This document shows, piece after piece, positions 60,180 to 64,000 of a stretch of DNA of 64,000 nt. A model generated the notes under the pieces. That model saw only the letters and a program-made list of their open reading frames with translations. It was not told the origin of the DNA and made no database searches. Position 1 is the stretch's first letter; every line of letters begins with the position of its first letter. The stretch is taken from contig DASQWB010000032.1 of the NCBI GenBank assembly GCA_035640455.1, positions 7,189 to 71,188 of the forward strand, given 5' to 3'. Source of the DNA: Gaiellaceae bacterium. GTDB lineage: Bacteria; Actinomycetota; Thermoleophilia; Gaiellales; Gaiellaceae. Made by a program: the position numbers and the translations under genes.

Positions 60180-61658
60180 GTGCTCGTCCTGCTCAACTTC
60201 GACTCCGCGAGCGTCCCGCTGCTGGAGCGGCTCGTAGCCGAAGGCCGCCTGCCTGCCGTCGCCGACCTCCTCGGCCGCGGCCGCCGGTACCCGTTGCGCT
60301 CGCCTGCGACCTACTTCCCGGCCGGCGCCTACCCGACCCTGTACACGGGCCTCGAGCTCGCCGACCACGGCCTCTACTACCCGTTCCAGTGGGACGCGGC
60401 GGCGCAGCGCAGCCGCTACGTCGAGACGTTCCCGTCGCCGGCCACGGTCTGGGAGCGCGTGTCTGAAGCGGGCGCGCGCTCACTCGTCGTCGACCCGTAC
60501 GAGAGCCGCCCGCCGCGAGGGCTGCGCGGCCTCTGGCTGTGCGGCTGGCAGTTTCGGAACCGCGTCGTCCTGCCGCCGCGCTCGCGACCGGAGGACGCCA
60601 ATCGCCGCCTGCAGCGACGGCTCGGGCGCTCGCCGTCGGTCGAGGAGGTCTTCGGGACCCAGTCGCGCGCGAGGCTCGAGGCGATGCGCCGCGCGCTCCT
60701 CGCCGCGCCCGGCCGGGTGGCTCGGCTGGCCAGGCACCTGCTGCGCCAGCAACGCTTCGACCTCCTCTGGCTCACGTTCAGCGCCGCCCACCTGGCCGGC
60801 CACCAGTTCTGGGACCTGTCGCAGTTTCCCGACACGCAAGGACTCGAGCGGACGCTTCCCGAGGTGTACGAGCGCGTCGACGAGGCGATCGGCGAGATCC
60901 TCGGCGCGGTCGGCGACGACGCCGACGTTGTCCTCTTCGCCGTGCTCGGGATGGGGCCCGACACGAGCCGCGTCGACCTCCTGCCGGGGATGCTCGGGGC
61001 GGTGCTCGGCGGCCGCCCCGCCGAAGCCGGCCCCGGGACCGTCCTCTGGCGCCTGCGCGACGCCATCCCGACGGGCGTGCGGGCGTCGGTCGCCGACCGG
61101 CTGCCCCGCCGGGCCGTGCTCGACCTCACCGCCCGGCTCGAGACCCGCGCGCCGGACTGGTCGGGCGTCCGCGCGTTCGTGCTCGCGAGCGACGTCGTGG
61201 GCTACATCCGCTTCAACCTCCGCGGGCGGGAACGCGAGGGCGTCGTCGAGCCGGACGAGACGGATGCGCTCTCGGAGCGGATCGCGACGGGGCTCGCGAC
61301 CTTCGCCGACCCGGACGGCACGCCCTCGATCACGCGGGTCGAGCGGCGCGCGGACGTCGTGGCCGACGGCCCCTGCTCCCAGATGCTCCCCGACCTCGTC
61401 GTCCGCTGGAGCGACCGACCGTCGATCGGACTCGACCGCGTGGTGTCACCGCAGTACGGCGAGGTGCGCCGCGCCGGCCGCGGGAGCGGGCGCTCCGGCA
61501 ACCACGTCGACGACGCCTGGACCGTGGTCGTTCCCGGTCGCGCGCGCGAGCCGGAGGACAGGCCGGCCGGCAACGTCGTCGACCTGGCCGCCACGGTGTG
61601 CGCGGCACTCGGGGCGGAGACGACGGGGCTCCCCGGCCGGTCGCTGCTCCTACCGTGA
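60180..61658 (+). CDS. alkaline phosphatase / type I phosphodiesterase family protein
   Basis: 492 aa with N-terminus MLVLLNFDSASVPLLERLVAEGRLPAVADLL and a later HLAGHQFW. Family call by pattern only. Confidence 0.55.
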   Translation: MLVLLNFDSASVPLLERLVAEGRLPAVADLLGRGRRYPLRSPATYFPAGAYPTLYTGLELADHGLYYPFQWDAAAQRSRYVETFPSPATVWERVSEAGARSLVVDPYESRPPRGLRGLWLCGWQFRNRVVLPPRSRPEDANRRLQRRLGRSPSVEEVFGTQSRARLEAMRRALLAAPGRVARLARHLLRQQRFDLLWLTFSAAHLAGHQFWDLSQFPDTQGLERTLPEVYERVDEAIGEILGAVGDDADVVLFAVLGMGPDTSRVDLLPGMLGAVLGGRPAEAGPGTVLWRLRDAIPTGVRASVADRLPRRAVLDLTARLETRAPDWSGVRAFVLASDVVGYIRFNLRGREREGVVEPDETDALSERIATGLATFADPDGTPSITRVERRADVVADGPCSQMLPDLVVRWSDRPSIGLDRVVSPQYGEVRRAGRGSGRSGNHVDDAWTVVVPGRAREPEDRPAGNVVDLAATVCAALGAETTGLPGRSLLLP

Positions 61659-62480
61659 GGCCCGCCGCGCCGCGAGCCAGCCGCCGAGGTAGCCGGCGAC
61701 GGTGGCGACCTGGGCGAGCGCGACGAGCAGGCCCACGACTGCACCCTCCCGGAAGCCGCGCCCGAGCAGGTCCGCGTAGAAGCGCGGCCGCTCGAGCGGG
61801 CGCCGCGGCCCGCCCCGGTGGTACCGGTAGGCGCCGCGCCCGTACCGGGCCTGCTGCCGCAGGAACGCCGTCGCCGTCAGCTCCTGGTGGTGGACGACCG
61901 CCGCGTCGGGCCGACGCTCGATCCGCTGGCCCGCCGACGCGAGCCGCCGGCACCAGTCGCGGTCCTCGCCGGCCGCGTCCGGATACGCGTCGTCGAACGG
62001 GAGCTCCAGGAGCAGCCGCGCGGTCGAGCCGACGTTGTTCGTGGCCGCGAAGGGCACGGACGCACGCCGGGCGACGTAGTTCGTGATCAGCTGCGACGCG
62101 ACGTCGTACCGATTCGCGGAGTCGGCGGGCTCGGTCCGGCCCGCGACGACCTCGGCGCCTGCCCGCAGCGCCTCGGCGAGCGCCTCCGCCCATCCCGAGG
62201 CGGGCTCGCAGTCGTCGTCGGTGAAGCAGACGATCGGAGCGCGGGCGGCCCGGACGCCTGCGTTCCGGGCGGCGGCCGGACCGCGGCGCGGCTGCCGCAC
62301 CAGACGCGTGCGGGGTGTCGCCGTCACCGCAGCCGCGACGGACTCGGCATCGTCCGAACCGTCGTCCACGACCACGATCTCGATCCGCTCGGAGACAGTC
62401 TGCGCCGACAGCCGCGCAAGACAGCGCCGAAGCCCGCCCGGCCGGTCGCGAGTCGGCACGACGACGGTGATCTCGGGCAT
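61650..62480 (-). CDS. glycosyltransferase family 2
   Basis: ITVVVPTRDRPGGLRRCLARLSAQT...VVVDDGSDD...CFTDDDCEP. Confidence 0.8.
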   Translation of the reverse strand: MPEITVVVPTRDRPGGLRRCLARLSAQTVSERIEIVVVDDGSDDAESVAAAVTATPRTRLVRQPRRGPAAARNAGVRAARAPIVCFTDDDCEPASGWAEALAEALRAGAEVVAGRTEPADSANRYDVASQLITNYVARRASVPFAATNNVGSTARLLLELPFDDAYPDAAGEDRDWCRRLASAGQRIERRPDAAVVHHQELTATAFLRQQARYGRGAYRYHRGGPRRPLERPRFYADLLGRGFREGAVVGLLVALAQVATVAGYLGGWLAARRASR

Positions 62481-62508
62481 GCCGGTCTTCGTCAGTTTCA
62501 GTTAGCGG

Positions 62509-62537
62509 GATGGGGAGCCCGAAATGGGCTCCCCATC
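62509..62537 (-). terminator. stem-loop downstream of the solute-binding protein gene
   Basis: GATGGGGAGCCC-gaaat-GGGCTCCCCATC gives a perfect 12-bp stem, 5 nt after the stop at 62542. Confidence 0.5.
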
Positions 62538-62541
62538 GCGC

Positions 62542-63930
62542 CTAGATCTTCCCCAGCTTGCGCCACTTGCGGAAGATCGCGTTGATGCGGCGCTGGTAGT
62601 CGCGCGCCGCGTCGTCGGGGCTCCGCTTGCCCTGCGCCACCTCCGCGAACATCTGCGGGATCAGGAACTTGTCGAAGAGCTCGCCGACCGCCGCGTTCGT
62701 GAAGCCGGGGTAGCCGACGTTCTTCGTGTACTTGTCGCTGATCGTGTTGAGGATCTTGTACTTCCCCTTCGGCGTGTGCGGGTCGCGGGCGAGCCGTACG
62801 GGGACGTTCTGCACCGACCTCGGGAACGACGCGAAGTTGTAGAACTTGCTCGCCTCGAAGGCTCCCCGGTACTTGAGCTCGAGCTCGGCGAGGAACTTCA
62901 CCGCCGTCTTCTTGTTGGAGGCGAACTTCCAGATCATGTAGGTGTGCATCACGTGCTCGAGCCCGAGGCGGCCGTGCGGGCCCTTCGGGATCGGAAGCAG
63001 TCCGATCGTCTTCGCGAGGTCCGGGTTCGACAACTCCGCCGAACGCGGGATCGAGATCGCGTTCAAGGCAAGCGAGAGCCGTCCGGCCAGGAATGCCTGG
63101 TTGTTCGACGCCGCCGTCCACGCGAAGATCTCGTTGCTCATCCCCTTGCGGAAGAGCTCGCGCCCGAACTTCAGCGCCTCGCGCGTCGCCTTCGTGTTCA
63201 ACGTCACCCGCGCACTCCGGTTCTGGATGAACGAGCCGAAGCACATCATCAGCGCCATCAGCGCCATGTTCGAGTCGATCTCGTTCGACATCCCGATCCC
63301 GATCGGGTGTCCCATCGCCCTGAGCTTCGGCGCCGCCTTGAGTACGCGGTCCCAGCTCGTCGGCTTCGAGTGGATCTGGGCCCAGAGGTCGGTCCGGTAG
63401 TTGATCGGATCCGGCGCGTAGGAGTCCGGGAAGCCGTGGTACTTCTTCGTCTTCGGGTTGTAGGAGGAGCGGTAGCAGACGTCGATCATCTTCCCGCGCT
63501 TGCGCCGAACCTCCTGGACGATCTCCTTGTGGTCGATGACCCGGTCCTCGTACTGCGGCGCCGGCGCGAGCAGCGCCACGATGTCGTGGCCCTTGCCGGC
63601 GGCCGCCTCGGCGGCGACGCGGCCCGGCAGGTCGGCCTGGTTGACGTGGTCGACGATGACGTCGGTGTCGTTCGCCTGGCCCCACCGCTTGGTGTAGACG
63701 TTGTCGAACCACCCGTCGTATGCGGGGACGAAGTGGCTCCACTGGAGGATCCGCAGCGTCCCCTTCAACTCCTTGCCCCGGAACTTCGGCGCGCCGGCCA
63801 CGGCGCTCTTCGCGCCGAAGCCGCCGTAGACGAGGACGACTGCGCCGGCGGCTGCGCGGCGGAGGAGCTCCCGCCTCGTCACCTCGTCGTGCACAGCCGT
63901 GATGTCGACCCTGGGTCGGTCGTCACTCAC
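62542..63930 (-). CDS. extracellular solute-binding protein (ABC, family 1) with a Tat-type signal
   Basis: 462 aa with TRRELLRRAAAGAVVLVYGG twin-arginine leader. Confidence 0.8.
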   Translation of the reverse strand: MSDDRPRVDITAVHDEVTRRELLRRAAAGAVVLVYGGFGAKSAVAGAPKFRGKELKGTLRILQWSHFVPAYDGWFDNVYTKRWGQANDTDVIVDHVNQADLPGRVAAEAAAGKGHDIVALLAPAPQYEDRVIDHKEIVQEVRRKRGKMIDVCYRSSYNPKTKKYHGFPDSYAPDPINYRTDLWAQIHSKPTSWDRVLKAAPKLRAMGHPIGIGMSNEIDSNMALMALMMCFGSFIQNRSARVTLNTKATREALKFGRELFRKGMSNEIFAWTAASNNQAFLAGRLSLALNAISIPRSAELSNPDLAKTIGLLPIPKGPHGRLGLEHVMHTYMIWKFASNKKTAVKFLAELELKYRGAFEASKFYNFASFPRSVQNVPVRLARDPHTPKGKYKILNTISDKYTKNVGYPGFTNAAVGELFDKFLIPQMFAEVAQGKRSPDDAARDYQRRINAIFRKWRKLGKI

Positions 63931-64000
63931 GTGCCCACCTCCTCAATCGTTGCAGCAGATGCAAAGGTTCCCGATCTACCCCCTCACCGAAACGCCCCGC

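Overview
This is a very GC-rich window with actinobacterial-style codon usage. An Actinomycetota origin, possibly Thermoleophilia-like, is only an inference. About 60 genes look real. Most of the Arg/Pro-rich antisense ORFs in the six-frame track are high-GC artefacts.

Housekeeping and metabolic content:
- purM-purN-purH.
- A reverse-transsulfuration pair (CBS and a cystathionine gamma-lyase/synthase) flanking BolA and a monothiol glutaredoxin.
- An MFS exporter and a CDF metal exporter.
- A divergent M48 protease and atypical FtsH-like protease pair.
- A two-HKD phospholipase D ORF.
- A glycogen debranching enzyme with a GT4 glycosyltransferase.
- An ECF sigma operon.
- A cell-envelope glycosylation cluster (FAD oxidoreductase, GT2, two GT-C enzymes).
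- An F420/LLM oxidoreductase and a GGDEF cyclase.
- A hydantoinase/carbamoylase/ABC-transporter cluster.

The accessory part is 31.0-39.5 kb. Two tandem, lower-GC islets are integrated at tRNA-Val(TAC). An integrase lies next to the intact tRNA, and two successively more degenerate copies of the tRNA 3' half mark old att sites. tRNA-Glu, tRNA-Lys and an IS481-family IS with a CCTAGGA target duplication follow.

Most interesting observations:
1. In the older islet, an XRE-HTH/TPR regulator is divergently paired with an unannotated 32-aa hydrophobic micro-ORF that has a strong SD. This is the architecture of an RRNPP/Rgg-SHP peptide-signalling module, which as far as I know has not been described in this lineage.
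2. A family of about 165-bp long-hairpin elements (three full copies plus fragments) has a conserved core and helices whose sequences differ between copies while keeping complementarity. Their CTAG termini coincide with stop codons.
3. A second, about 100-bp repeat family starts at stop codons.
4. Three operon junctions use a CTGA stop/start overlap where the conserved N-terminus of the downstream gene has no canonical start codon.

No CRISPR array, rRNA or recognisable riboswitch was seen.
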